A stretch of DNA of 64,000 nt, taken from IMG/VR virus record IMGVR_UViG_3300015360_000025. One strand, 5' to 3'. Of the stretch, positions 1 to 10,163 are shown one piece after another. Origin of the DNA: a virus. The translations under genes and the position numbers were made by a program. Under the pieces are notes generated by a model that worked only from the letters and a program-made list of their open reading frames with translations, did no database searches and was not told where the DNA came from. Position 1 is the stretch's first letter; every line of letters begins with the position of its first letter.

Positions 1-1
1 T

Positions 2-286
2 CCCGATATTCTCTCGGCCGCTGGTTCGTACGATCAGGTCCAGTCCACGTATCTCTCGAACGAGTTCGGGACACCATACGTGCCCATCACTTCAGGTTCT
101 GCCGAAATTCCGTCCTTCGATGTATTCGACGTCGACGAAGCGAAGAAGTCTCGTTTGGTCTTCGATCAAGTTCTAAACCCGAAGACTTTGATTCCTAAGG
201 ACAACACTCTCCGTGCTTCCTTGGCTCGGGCTGACATCGTAAAATCTACCCGCGACTTCATTCTGACCAAGATCGGTAAGGGTTGA
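2..286 (+). CDS. C-terminal part of a structural protein gene, truncated by the window edge
   Basis: The frame is open from position 2 (PDILSAAGSYDQVQ...) to TGA at 284-286 and is co-oriented with the downstream structural genes. Confidence 0.65.
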   Translation, partial: PDILSAAGSYDQVQSTYLSNEFGTPYVPITSGSAEIPSFDVFDVDEAKKSRLVFDQVLNPKTLIPKDNTLRASLARADIVKSTRDFILTKIGKG

Positions 287-310
287 TCCGAAGAATGCCT
301 GGCGGACCCA

Positions 311-317
311 TACTTAG
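311..317 (+). promoter_or_regulatory. TANTTA(G) putative late-promoter motif
   Basis: TACTTAG in the intergenic gap 17 nt before the TTG start at 334; the same motif recurs in other intergenic gaps (see findings). Confidence 0.5.
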
Positions 318-333
318 AAGGGGATGATTTGAC

Positions 334-984
334 TTGGCTGGATTTCTAGACAAAAATACTCGTATCATCGACATGGTCTTGACCAGTCATGGGAAACGTT
401 TGTTTTCGAAGGGAGAGCTACATTTTTGTTACTGGATTCCCTACGACGATGAGATCGACTATCAACCCTTCATCGCCGAAAGTGGATCCCTGAGCGCTGA
501 TCAGCTGAGCGCTTCTATTTACCAAGCCATTGAGACGACACCTCTTCGTGAAGCTACGACAGGCTACAGAAACTTCAATGGCAGTGGATCAGACTTCACC
601 AATGTCAACAATCCGATCTTTACTATGGCTCAGGGACAAGAGGTACTTCCACGAACTGTTTTCCCCGAGAATTTCCAGAGGACAATCGAGTCTAAACAGA
701 GACAGGTGGAGCAGATCTTCCAAGATCGAGATGACAGGGGAAAGTACGACAATCCTCTTGAATCTAGAGATCTCGGGATCGAGAGGTATGATTCCTCGAC
801 ATTCGTTCTAGAATTCACGTATTCGAAAGATAGTTTTCCTACTGACTTTCAGCCTTATGGGTTTTTCCTAAGAATGCTTCGTAGTGGTTCGAACGGGTGG
901 ACTGAAGTACTTTCTCGAAGGGACATGAGTAACGATCTCTCGTACAACAACGATGTTCGTATCTTCACGGGTAGGAGGGGTTGA
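334..984 (+). CDS. Conserved baseplate/tail-associated structural protein, paralog of 9432..10148
   Basis: N-terminus GFLDKNTRIIDMVLTSHGKRLFSKG...DDEIDY aligns by eye with GFQDNSGEIFIDAVLTDEGRERLARND...GDDEVDY. Confidence 0.7.
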   Translation: MAGFLDKNTRIIDMVLTSHGKRLFSKGELHFCYWIPYDDEIDYQPFIAESGSLSADQLSASIYQAIETTPLREATTGYRNFNGSGSDFTNVNNPIFTMAQGQEVLPRTVFPENFQRTIESKQRQVEQIFQDRDDRGKYDNPLESRDLGIERYDSSTFVLEFTYSKDSFPTDFQPYGFFLRMLRSGSNGWTEVLSRRDMSNDLSYNNDVRIFTGRRG

Positions 985-987
985 TAA

Positions 988-3900
988 ATGCCATTTTTCT
1001 TCGGGACAGCTCCGGGAACGTCGACGAACATCGACTCTGATGCGGCCAAACGCTTTCCGAGCACGGGCACTGGGCAGAGGAAATTTTCAGGTCCCGATCT
1101 TTCTTCAGAGCAAGAGACCAGAGATGTAACTGTAGTCTCAAACGGCGAACACCTCGTCGAACAAGCTTCTTCTATGAAGGGTGTAGCCATGGTTGCCGAG
1201 CACATCGCCGCCGCGGCTCGTTCAAGCCTCCAACTGGCCCGGACACAGATCTTGTCTACTCCTGGTCTGCTGTCGCTTGACATCCGTGAGACACTCTCAA
1301 ATTTTACCGAAGACGATCTTGCCCATTCCAGAGATCTAAAGGCTAGAGAACTTGTGACTCGCACGCCAGTCGGATTTCTTGATACTGGAAGAATCTCCGC
1401 CGATCTATATAAGCGACTGCCATCTTCAGTTTTTCAAACAAGAATCCAGGACTCATCACCAAAGATGTTCAATCCAGCTGTTCCGCAACTCGATAACATT
1501 CGTATAGAGATGAGTAAGAATAAAGGAACGGTAGACTGTTTCTTTTCAACATTGAAGTTCAGTCTTCCGTTGGCTCAAGTTTGGGATGGAAGGGTGAAAG
1601 CCATCCGGATATTTCGGACGACTATACTTAATCCCATCTTCCAGCGTGGGGAACCTCCTGTCATTACCCTTCACGGGATGGAGAAACTTTCGGTCGACAA
1701 GATGCGTTCGCGCTCAAAGAGCAATGATCTATTGGGAGCCATGGAACACCGATTCCGCGAAGCTGGCGTTTTGAATGCAATCTCCGTTTTGAATCCGATC
1801 AATCCCGGGACAAACCTGCGTCTGTCGACCAATTCGTCAGATATCTCTGCTCAGCCCATACAAAACCCTGCGGGGGTGTCATCAGTTCTACCTGGCGCCA
1901 TTCCTCACATCGAATCATTCATGGATCCCGTGAAGTTTGGAAGTATTGATTCGGGAGTGGCACAGGATCTGAATGTTCTACAAAATATTCGAAACCAGGA
2001 TCCCGCTGGATTGATTCCCACCTTGACTCACCTGACGACTCTAAATGTATTCTCTCCGTTGAAGCAGGGGCTTCTGAACAAAACTCAGGTCAAAGATCTC
2101 CGTTCAAATCCACTTGCTGGACTGGTCGTCGATTCCAACAACGCCGCCGAGTTTAGAGAGCTCGCCTTCATCTCTTTGGACAAGCTCAAGTCTGTAGTTA
2201 TTGGGGATCACATTGAGTACACACACAATGATGAGTCAGTAGGCTATGGTCGCGCATATCGGTACTATGTCTTGTCGGTCGACAAAGACATGGTTGAAAG
2301 TATTCGATCTAGAATAATCGATGTAACTGTAGAAGGTCTGCGAATCCCGGAACGTCCGAAGCGTGTGTTCGCGTACAACATCTCCGACGCTGTAGCAATG
2401 AACATCATCGTGGACGACCAGTTGGTCGAGAAATTTGAATTGTTCCGAAAATCGACAGATACGTCACTCGGCGCGAATCTTCGTCTAGTTTCGTTTGACG
2501 TCGGTAACATCAAGGGATTCAATACTGGAAACAGTATCTCTTCCAGACTTGAGAACAACTACATCAAGATCGGCGAGTCGTTGAATGGTACTCGGCAGAC
2601 GGGGGCGACGTTCTACGATCGGCGTGTGACTCCTGGTAGGAAGTACTCGTACCGAGTGTACTCAGTCGATGTCTTTGGCAACAAATCGGAGAGTCCATAC
2701 GAATTTGAGATGTACTTGCCAGAGCAGATGAGACCAAACGAACTTCTCAAACCATCTTTAACGGTTGAGATCGACGCGCAGACAAGCAAGGCCCGTGTCT
2801 CTTTCCGTTGTAACGATGCGAGAGTTTCCACTCTCTTCCTCGCACGTCGAGATCTAACAATCAAGCAGAAAGCTTTCACTACTCCCGGGCAGGTCAACAT
2901 CATTAAGTTGGGAGCTCCGACTTCCGGACACAGCGCCATCCAGTTCGAAGACGTTATATTGAGGGGAGACAATAAGGACACGATCTGGACTGGGTACTTC
3001 CCCAATGACACTAACGATAACGTGTTCATCGATCGGACCGTTTCTATCGATCATGTCTATCAGTATCAAGTCTATGGCATCGATAAGTTCGGTAATTCGA
3101 CACCGTACGAAGTATCTAGACCCGTGATGATGATCCGTCGTCCGCTCATCGATGCACCTTTGAACCTCCTTGCAGAGGTCGTCCAGGGGCCTAAGTTCAC
3201 TGTCGGAGGGATTAAGCTTTCCTGGCAGGATGGTAATGTGGACATTTCATCCGAGGATCGCCTTGGCAGTCGTGGCGATCTTAGTAACTCTTCAGTACGG
3301 ACTCTCTATCAGATCGAGCGGAGACGTGTCGGGGAGGAACGTTGGATCGAATTTCCGATGATCGAAGACAAGCGGTTTTTCGATCCTTCGGAATCGACAG
3401 CTGCCCCAGTGTCTAGGAAGACACTGTCCAGTCGTATTGGTATCGAACATGCTCGCTTCCGTCCACCACTCGTAGAAGCCAACCAGACGTATGTCTACCG
3501 TGTGAAGGCGTATCAGACAGGATCGTACCAAAGCAACTACGGAAACTTCGTAGAAGTCTTCGCCGCCCTACCTGTAGCCGTGCCAACCAATTTCAGGTTA
3601 AAGGCCAGCGATACGAAAATCAGTCCGTTCTACGTTGTCCTCAATTGGGACACTCCGAATGGCTCAGGAGTTATTGACAAATGGGAGATCGAACGATCGG
3701 CTGTTAACAACTTCGCCGCAAGCAAGTTAAATGTAAAGAACCCCCGAGATTTCCAGTCTCTTCACTTTCAGACGTTTCGAACTATTTTTCATGAGTCCAG
3801 CAGATTCCGAGCGCAAGCTGTCGATAACGTCGCAACGGAGCGGGCGCTGACCAGACAGTTCAAGTCTCCTCCCACCGTCTTCACGGGAGACCATCATTTC

Positions 3901-4296
3901 CAAGATACGAGCGTGAGCTTCGGGAATACATACTTCTATAGGATCAGGTCGATCGCTCTCAACGGCGTTGCTTCGGCATGGACATACAGAGGATTGAAAC
4001 TCACTGAAGAGTCGTTCGAAAGAAAGATCGTTCCGTTCATCAATTCGGACGTCAAATTGAATCTCGTCAAAAATTTCACTCCGATCTTGATTCCAGCCAT
4101 GACTTTGGTGCATGGGGCATCATCTTTTACCTTCCAGCCTTCTTTTTCACAACCGATGATTCTACCTACAGTATCCATCATTGTCGCTTCGAACGTTCCG
4201 ATTACGCTGAATCCTGTTGCACTTCCTACTTACAATCCTCCTGTCGTGGCCGCTTCTTTCACCAAACAAAGAACGACAGTCTTCGGTAAGAAATAA
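988..4296 (+). CDS. Large virion structural protein with several fibronectin-III-like repeats
   Basis: 1102 aa; repeated FN3-type strands YRYYVLSVDK, YSYRVYSVDVFGNKS, YQYQVYGIDKFGNS, YVYRVKAYQ, YFYRIRSIALNG. Confidence 0.65.
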   Translation: MPFFFGTAPGTSTNIDSDAAKRFPSTGTGQRKFSGPDLSSEQETRDVTVVSNGEHLVEQASSMKGVAMVAEHIAAAARSSLQLARTQILSTPGLLSLDIRETLSNFTEDDLAHSRDLKARELVTRTPVGFLDTGRISADLYKRLPSSVFQTRIQDSSPKMFNPAVPQLDNIRIEMSKNKGTVDCFFSTLKFSLPLAQVWDGRVKAIRIFRTTILNPIFQRGEPPVITLHGMEKLSVDKMRSRSKSNDLLGAMEHRFREAGVLNAISVLNPINPGTNLRLSTNSSDISAQPIQNPAGVSSVLPGAIPHIESFMDPVKFGSIDSGVAQDLNVLQNIRNQDPAGLIPTLTHLTTLNVFSPLKQGLLNKTQVKDLRSNPLAGLVVDSNNAAEFRELAFISLDKLKSVVIGDHIEYTHNDESVGYGRAYRYYVLSVDKDMVESIRSRIIDVTVEGLRIPERPKRVFAYNISDAVAMNIIVDDQLVEKFELFRKSTDTSLGANLRLVSFDVGNIKGFNTGNSISSRLENNYIKIGESLNGTRQTGATFYDRRVTPGRKYSYRVYSVDVFGNKSESPYEFEMYLPEQMRPNELLKPSLTVEIDAQTSKARVSFRCNDARVSTLFLARRDLTIKQKAFTTPGQVNIIKLGAPTSGHSAIQFEDVILRGDNKDTIWTGYFPNDTNDNVFIDRTVSIDHVYQYQVYGIDKFGNSTPYEVSRPVMMIRRPLIDAPLNLLAEVVQGPKFTVGGIKLSWQDGNVDISSEDRLGSRGDLSNSSVRTLYQIERRRVGEERWIEFPMIEDKRFFDPSESTAAPVSRKTLSSRIGIEHARFRPPLVEANQTYVYRVKAYQTGSYQSNYGNFVEVFAALPVAVPTNFRLKASDTKISPFYVVLNWDTPNGSGVIDKWEIERSAVNNFAASKLNVKNPRDFQSLHFQTFRTIFHESSRFRAQAVDNVATERALTRQFKSPPTVFTGDHHFQDTSVSFGNTYFYRIRSIALNGVASAWTYRGLKLTEESFERKIVPFINSDVKLNLVKNFTPILIPAMTLVHGASSFTFQPSFSQPMILPTVSIIVASNVPITLNPVALPTYNPPVVAASFTKQRTTVFGKK

Positions 4297-4299
4297 GAC

Positions 4300-6675
4300 A
4301 TGGGCTTCAATTTCTTCGGCATAAACGTCCCGACCACAGTCCAAGATTTCGTCGACATCTTTCTCCCTACAGATAAGAGCAAGGAAAATTCAGACAGTTC
4401 ATCCAACGCCGCTTCTCCCGTCACCAATCCGACTCAAGCTCCTCCACCGGCTCCAGAAATCAAAGAGACTGCAGGTACCTCTGGAGCTGCCGTTGAGCCA
4501 CCTTCACCGCCTCCTGGTGTGGCATATCCGGCAGGAACGCTTCCTGACCTCTCTGGTCGGTATATCGGAAACTACGAGAAGGAGATAGTCCTAGATTTGA
4601 TTGATTCACTTCAACGTCCGCCACCGAGCATTAATTCAGAGTACATCACCATCTTGAGTCGTACTCTCTCGTGGTTGGCTCGGGAAGCTCCTTCTTCTCC
4701 AGATGCTCTCTTCAATGCCACTGGTGCGCAAGCCATGTGGAACGCTGTTGCTTTCGCTGAATCCAAAGCGTTCGGATTCCCGCTCAATGTCCTACAGCCT
4801 ATTTTCGCTGGAAACGGTCTCGATTCTCAAGAGAAGATGAGAAATGAAGCCAACAGGATTAGGAACATCATATACGATGTTGTCAATCGTGTGAATTCGT
4901 TTCTTGCGCGCGCAAAGAATGCTGGTTTTATCCCTCCAGAGAATCCATTCGCTCTCGCAATGTCACTCAACGTTGGCCGTCTCGGATTTTCTCCGGTAGA
5001 TCTGCAAGGGGACGTCGCGACACGCGTATCGTCTAATGTCCAGACGTATCTGACTCTTTTGGAAGCCGAAGCTACCGGAAAATTGAATCTCGATCAGAAT
5101 TCTTTCAAAGCTGCGCAGTTGTCATCCGCAAACTTTTCTCTGGATGGTTACGGTGGCACTGGCAACTCATCCGTTGATCTCTCGAAGCTTCTTCCAGATG
5201 CGGATGCGATCAAGGCTCAGAAGTCTTTGGAAGCGCTGTCTGTTTTTGATTTCACCAAGCGCGTTCCGAAGATACTCTTCACCGCATTCTATGCACCAGC
5301 TGGTATCCCGAAGGGCGTCATCATCGGTTGGAAAAAGTCTCCAGATGCTTCTGGATATGTGATCCGACGAAAGAACATCTTCGATGATCGCGAAGCTGTG
5401 TACACCGTGACCAACGCGGAAGCTGTGAAGAACACTGCCAGACTGCGTGAATACGTGAGTGCCTGGATCATTTCGTTCTACGACAACGTCCAGGAAGACG
5501 TCGTCTTCGATTTCCTGGATACCGACATTCCGCCTCATGGATATTTCTTCTATAAGATCCAAGCGTACCAATTGCAAAATGACTCTCCGGGAGCGATGTT
5601 CGCCGTCCCGACAACTACGGTGAGTCTCCCTCAACACTTGAAGAACAGTATTCGTGCTGAGCTGGAATTATTGGATCCGAACAAGAAAAGTAGTGTTGTC
5701 GACTTTGCTGCCGGAACAGCTACGACTGTGATTGAGAACACGCCAGATACGATCAGTCCGTATCCGATCTTGGCGAAGTTCTTCTTCCAAGCTCCTGAGT
5801 ACGACTGGATTCTTGCCGCCCTAAACATTCGGGCGTCCATCAATCGTGGTGATTCACGCACTACCACTCGAAATTTTTCGTACCTGACAGCCCAACTAGA
5901 TTTTCTATTTTCTCAGATTGACTCTGGGAGGTTTGTTCTCCCAAGCGGCGACATCACGAATATCTTGAAGAACATCGAATATTCTATCTCTAAGTTTGGA
6001 GTGAACCAAGTCGTCAAGGAAATACTACAGGAGACTGGCGCCCTGTATCATTTTGAAGGGAAAGATCCGAGTGACAACGCGCTGTTTAAGAATGTCGACA
6101 CGGCGGAGGCTACTGAAAGTGGGCTCATCGCAGCTGTCGCGGCCGCCGTAGATCCCGAGACGATGACGATGAATCTCAAGACTCTGTCAAACAATCTTCC
6201 CGCGCTCCTCAGCGGAGAATTTGTGACAAGCGGACAATCGTTGACGGGAAAGGTTGGAAATCATAAATACAAGGCAAAAACGGCTAGACCGACCGAGATA
6301 AAAGTTCCAACTGCCGATCACGATACTTCGACCGGTGTCAAAGCTGAGGATGAGATCCACTACTTGAGGGAATTGGATAACCTCCACGCTAGTGTTATCG
6401 ATCTAACTACATCTGATGGGATCAGCGTCTTCATGAGAGTAATTCGCATTTTCTCGGATATTGGACCAAACCGTGGCACGCCGATTGCTTCCGCCGCTAC
6501 ACCAGAGATCGTGGATCCGATAGTCGCACCGCTGCCGCCAGCTCCACAGCCAAGTCCTGTCCAGCCAGTCCTGTCTCCAGAACAACAAGAAGAAGCCGCC
6601 CACGATGCTGCCGTAGCTGCGGGCGTGACACCAGCCTACTACGTCGTAGACGGTATAAAAGTGTATATCACCTGA
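4300..6675 (+). CDS. Large putative structural protein with one FN3-like segment and Pro-rich ends
   Basis: 791 aa ORF tiling between neighbours; IIGWKKSPDASGYVIRR...YFFYKIQAYQ segment. Confidence 0.6.
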   Translation: MGFNFFGINVPTTVQDFVDIFLPTDKSKENSDSSSNAASPVTNPTQAPPPAPEIKETAGTSGAAVEPPSPPPGVAYPAGTLPDLSGRYIGNYEKEIVLDLIDSLQRPPPSINSEYITILSRTLSWLAREAPSSPDALFNATGAQAMWNAVAFAESKAFGFPLNVLQPIFAGNGLDSQEKMRNEANRIRNIIYDVVNRVNSFLARAKNAGFIPPENPFALAMSLNVGRLGFSPVDLQGDVATRVSSNVQTYLTLLEAEATGKLNLDQNSFKAAQLSSANFSLDGYGGTGNSSVDLSKLLPDADAIKAQKSLEALSVFDFTKRVPKILFTAFYAPAGIPKGVIIGWKKSPDASGYVIRRKNIFDDREAVYTVTNAEAVKNTARLREYVSAWIISFYDNVQEDVVFDFLDTDIPPHGYFFYKIQAYQLQNDSPGAMFAVPTTTVSLPQHLKNSIRAELELLDPNKKSSVVDFAAGTATTVIENTPDTISPYPILAKFFFQAPEYDWILAALNIRASINRGDSRTTTRNFSYLTAQLDFLFSQIDSGRFVLPSGDITNILKNIEYSISKFGVNQVVKEILQETGALYHFEGKDPSDNALFKNVDTAEATESGLIAAVAAAVDPETMTMNLKTLSNNLPALLSGEFVTSGQSLTGKVGNHKYKAKTARPTEIKVPTADHDTSTGVKAEDEIHYLRELDNLHASVIDLTTSDGISVFMRVIRIFSDIGPNRGTPIASAATPEIVDPIVAPLPPAPQPSPVQPVLSPEQQEEAAHDAAVAAGVTPAYYVVDGIKVYIT

Positions 6676-6683
6676 GGTTTTGG

Positions 6684-9185
6684 ATGTCAATAAAGATTTT
6701 CGGTAAGGGACTTGGAGTGTTTGAACACCCGTTCGACGTCGTCGACCGTGAACGGATCAGTGTCGACGAAACTAAGAAGATCCTTGTCAATGATACGAAT
6801 CGTGCGCAGCTCGGGAACTTGGGCACCATCCAACAGATTAGAGAAGTGTTGCTACCGCAGGCACTTCCGATCTTCGACACCCTGCATAGCACTGTAGCTA
6901 TTCCACGGGCGGACATACGTCAGAACTTTGATCTGATCCCGATCCCTCGGCCTGTCCAGAAGTTCAAGATTACACCGCAAGTGTATTCGGCCGAATCTGG
7001 TCCCGCTCCCTTTGAGACTTTGTTTAACGACTTTGAGATAGAGGCATTTCCGTTCTACAACTTCTGGACTCCTGACGAGTTGACCAACGACCGTGACGAA
7101 CGTGGCAATCGTAAGATCGAAGATATTCCACGTTTTATCAAGGTGACGTGGAATTCTGCTCCCAATCTTCCAGACCCAGAGGAGCGTGTCATCCCTAAGC
7201 CGATGGACGTTCGTCCCATTCAACCTATCTTGTTCTCTCATGAGAACATTCGCCCCAACGTGTTCACCCTTAAGGGCATCTCGTTCACCCCCGAACATCT
7301 CCAGCCCTCCGGTTTTACTCTCATCAAGGGTATCATAGGCAATGGTTACCTTGCCCCAGGCGTCCTCGAGACGATCGTGGAGATGCCACTCCACAACACT
7401 GGGATCGAATCCCATCGGACGTTCGCCAACACTGATCCGATCCACCACTTTGATGAAGATATGTTCCTAACGCACCCAGACATGCAGGGCATCTCTGTAC
7501 ACGAGCTCAAGTCGCAGATCAACCAGCTCACGAATGGGATTGCTAACATGTCGACCCCGACTCCACCGGGAGTATCAACGAACTTGACTGGTCGGAAGGC
7601 GAATCTCGTCGACGGAAAGTACATGATGTCCAAGGCGATCGAGCCGGGCGGTTTCATGCAGCTTACCAGCATTCATCCATCATCTCCATCAATCTCACTC
7701 AAGTCGAAGACGGCCAAATCCGACCGAAAGGGTCCTGTAGACAACGTGATTGAGTTAGCTAAGATTATCTCACAGCCTCTCTCCGTGTCCAACATGAAAT
7801 CCACTGCGCAGGTGAAGGTAAAGTTCTCAGATCCTTCTATCGGAGGCCTCGTCGATCCAAGCAAGATCAATCTGATGTCATTGCCACACCACGTGGAGAT
7901 GATGTCAGCGATCGCCCCACAACTGCCACAGCTTGAGATGCTCTCTCGGACGAATTTCAAGAATCTTCCGCGTCAAATCAATCCCCCTTCCCTCCCGTCT
8001 CCGAAGATGAAGCCGCTTGAGTACATCGGATACATCATCGAAAAGTATAAACGACAGACATCTGGGGTGTTCATAAAGGTCGAAGAGATCGATATTCCAA
8101 TAAGAGATGCAGATTTCTACATCGACACTAAGGTCCTGTACGGGGAAGTCTACCGGTACCGGATCAAGACGGTCGTCCGATGGACGAGATCCAAGGATCA
8201 CAATATCGCCGGTCCAGATCCGACCATCGAGGCAAAGTTCGGGTCCCAGACGGTATCTGTGAGCACACACAAGAGCTCTTACTTCACGAGTGAATGGGGT
8301 CACGAGTGGGCATACGGCAGTTGCATCGATGATCAACCACCATTACCACCCGACGAGTTGACCGTCCGTCCTGAATCTCACAGGAAGCGGGTCGTGGTGA
8401 CCTTTCGTCTACCCGACAATCCACAGCGCGACATCCTCAAGATGAGACTCTACCGGAAGGTCCAGGACGAGAACGGACGTGACATCTCTGACTGGATGCA
8501 AGTGCAAGAATCCAATGCAACCAACCGTGGCATCGATTTCGCCCCGTCAAACGTCATCTACTTTGATACGAATGTAGACTTCTGTCAAAAGTCGCATATG
8601 AAGTACATCTACGCCGCCTCATGCATCTCCAGACACAATGAAGATTCTACCCTCTCTGAACAGCTCGGAGCCAGGTTAAATGAGGACTACTTCTCCAGAG
8701 GAGAATTCCCAGTGGAATTCCACTCTTGCTCGGGGGTCCGGTTGGACTACTACGGTGCATTCTCGACTTCTCCGCACAAGATCACTAAGACTGAGGTCGT
8801 CGTTCCTCCACCTCCGACTAGAGTTGGAAAGATCCCTGGTGTGGCTGCCATCATCTTCTCTGGACGGAATACGATGGGGAATACCCACATGGACGAGGGT
8901 TCATACACGATCCGTGTACAATCTCTTGATACGGGAGAAGTCAGAGACATCCCGCTCACGACCAAGTTCAGGCAGATCCAGAAGAGACAACGGGTCTCGA
9001 AGACAGACTACTATGTGCGATCACACACAGTTTCAGGAAAGAACTCCGATGATTTTGAAGATCTTTCTACGCAGAGGTTGAAAGAAGAATTGACGAAATA
9101 CCAGGATGGGCCGGTACGTCATGAAAGAGGCGAAGAATTTGAGGTTCTGCCGTTCGACAGATCCTCACGGGGCGAGAGATGGTGA
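6684..9185 (+). CDS. Large putative structural protein with FN3-like segments
   Basis: 833 aa; YIDTKVLYGEVYRYRIKTVVRW and YFDTNVDF...YIYAASCISRHNEDS segments. Confidence 0.6.
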   Translation: MSIKIFGKGLGVFEHPFDVVDRERISVDETKKILVNDTNRAQLGNLGTIQQIREVLLPQALPIFDTLHSTVAIPRADIRQNFDLIPIPRPVQKFKITPQVYSAESGPAPFETLFNDFEIEAFPFYNFWTPDELTNDRDERGNRKIEDIPRFIKVTWNSAPNLPDPEERVIPKPMDVRPIQPILFSHENIRPNVFTLKGISFTPEHLQPSGFTLIKGIIGNGYLAPGVLETIVEMPLHNTGIESHRTFANTDPIHHFDEDMFLTHPDMQGISVHELKSQINQLTNGIANMSTPTPPGVSTNLTGRKANLVDGKYMMSKAIEPGGFMQLTSIHPSSPSISLKSKTAKSDRKGPVDNVIELAKIISQPLSVSNMKSTAQVKVKFSDPSIGGLVDPSKINLMSLPHHVEMMSAIAPQLPQLEMLSRTNFKNLPRQINPPSLPSPKMKPLEYIGYIIEKYKRQTSGVFIKVEEIDIPIRDADFYIDTKVLYGEVYRYRIKTVVRWTRSKDHNIAGPDPTIEAKFGSQTVSVSTHKSSYFTSEWGHEWAYGSCIDDQPPLPPDELTVRPESHRKRVVVTFRLPDNPQRDILKMRLYRKVQDENGRDISDWMQVQESNATNRGIDFAPSNVIYFDTNVDFCQKSHMKYIYAASCISRHNEDSTLSEQLGARLNEDYFSRGEFPVEFHSCSGVRLDYYGAFSTSPHKITKTEVVVPPPPTRVGKIPGVAAIIFSGRNTMGNTHMDEGSYTIRVQSLDTGEVRDIPLTTKFRQIQKRQRVSKTDYYVRSHTVSGKNSDDFEDLSTQRLKEELTKYQDGPVRHERGEEFEVLPFDRSSRGERW

Positions 9186-9249
9186 TGTGTCATCTTTAGA
9201 AGTCAATTCTGAAAGAGATCCATACCTATCTACAACGAGGAACATACGT

Positions 9250-9375
9250 GTGACTGGGATCATCTACAATTTGCTGAACACTGCGAATGGAAAGGGCTAT
9301 GTCGGGCAGACGTAGATGACACTCGACGAGCGCCGGGCTCAGCATTGTCGGCGTGATGGGTGTGGCTCGCGGTGA
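9250..9375 (+). pseudogene. GIY-YIG homing endonuclease remnant
   Basis: GTG-TGIIYNLLNTANGKGYVGQT*MTLDERRAQHCRRDGCGSR*; the GIY-YIG signature (GIIY...YVGQT...ERxxQH) is split by an in-frame TAG at 9313-9315. Confidence 0.75.
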
Positions 9376-9431
9376 AAGAAGCCACTATAACGGACTCCAG
9401 TTTGACTGGAAAGTCCAAGGAAATCAATAAC

Positions 9432-10148
9432 ATGGGCTTCCAAGACAATTCTGGGGAAATTTTTATAGACGCTGTCCTTACGGACGAGGGTCGGGAGCGT
9501 CTGGCGAGGAATGATGGCAGCTTCGCCATCGTCAGGTTCAGACTCGGCGATGACGAGGTGGACTATCGTTTCTGGAACGAGCTTACTGGCTCCGATTCCA
9601 AAGATAGGAAGATCCTCGATACACCGGTCTTCGAGGCATTTACCAACGAGGTGGTTGCTCTACGATCTCCTCTCGTGACAATCCGGAACGCGAGACTACA
9701 GTTTCTCCCGACGATGGTGGCCAAGCCAGCTTCCATCTCGCTCAAAGAGCAGAACGACTCCGTTGGTGGAGGTGCAGATATCTCCGTGAGCCAGGAGATT
9801 GCCCGATCCCAGACGATCCTCCCGTCCGAGATCATCGACGTGAACTATGCAGTTGAACTAGACAATGATATCATCTTCGTCTCAGGTGAGACTCCGATCG
9901 CGATCACACCGTTCGGAACGGCACGTTATATCATTCCAGCTGCAGCTGGTCGACAGACGGCATCTGGCGGTACGGAATGCAAGTTCAACGTCCGTGTCCA
10001 GACGTTGACGACAGAGGCATTCGACACACTGGTAGGAAGCAGCGTGCCCAGGCCGAGAACGATCAGTACTACGATCGTGGTCACTGGTCAGCAGTCCGGT
10101 ATGAACGTCCGGATCCCGGTATCCATTGTCGAATTCGCCACGACTTGA
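9432..10148 (+). CDS. Conserved baseplate/tail-associated structural protein
   Basis: The likely start is MGFQDNSG at 9432, not the 9360 call; paralog of 334..984. Confidence 0.7.
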   Translation: MGFQDNSGEIFIDAVLTDEGRERLARNDGSFAIVRFRLGDDEVDYRFWNELTGSDSKDRKILDTPVFEAFTNEVVALRSPLVTIRNARLQFLPTMVAKPASISLKEQNDSVGGGADISVSQEIARSQTILPSEIIDVNYAVELDNDIIFVSGETPIAITPFGTARYIIPAAAGRQTASGGTECKFNVRVQTLTTEAFDTLVGSSVPRPRTISTTIVVTGQQSGMNVRIPVSIVEFATT

Positions 10149-10163
10149 TTTAGGAGCTAAACG

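Noticed and set aside
9106-9315. Listed 69-aa ORF as a real gene
   Set aside because: Its first half overlaps the end of 6684..9185; only the part from 9250 has meaning, as the GIY-YIG relic.
9392-9416. Hairpin GGACT-CCAGT-TTG-ACTGG-AA-AGTCC, and the complementary GGACTTTCC at 32193
   Set aside because: No U-tract, and only one short 9-nt match elsewhere; this could be chance.
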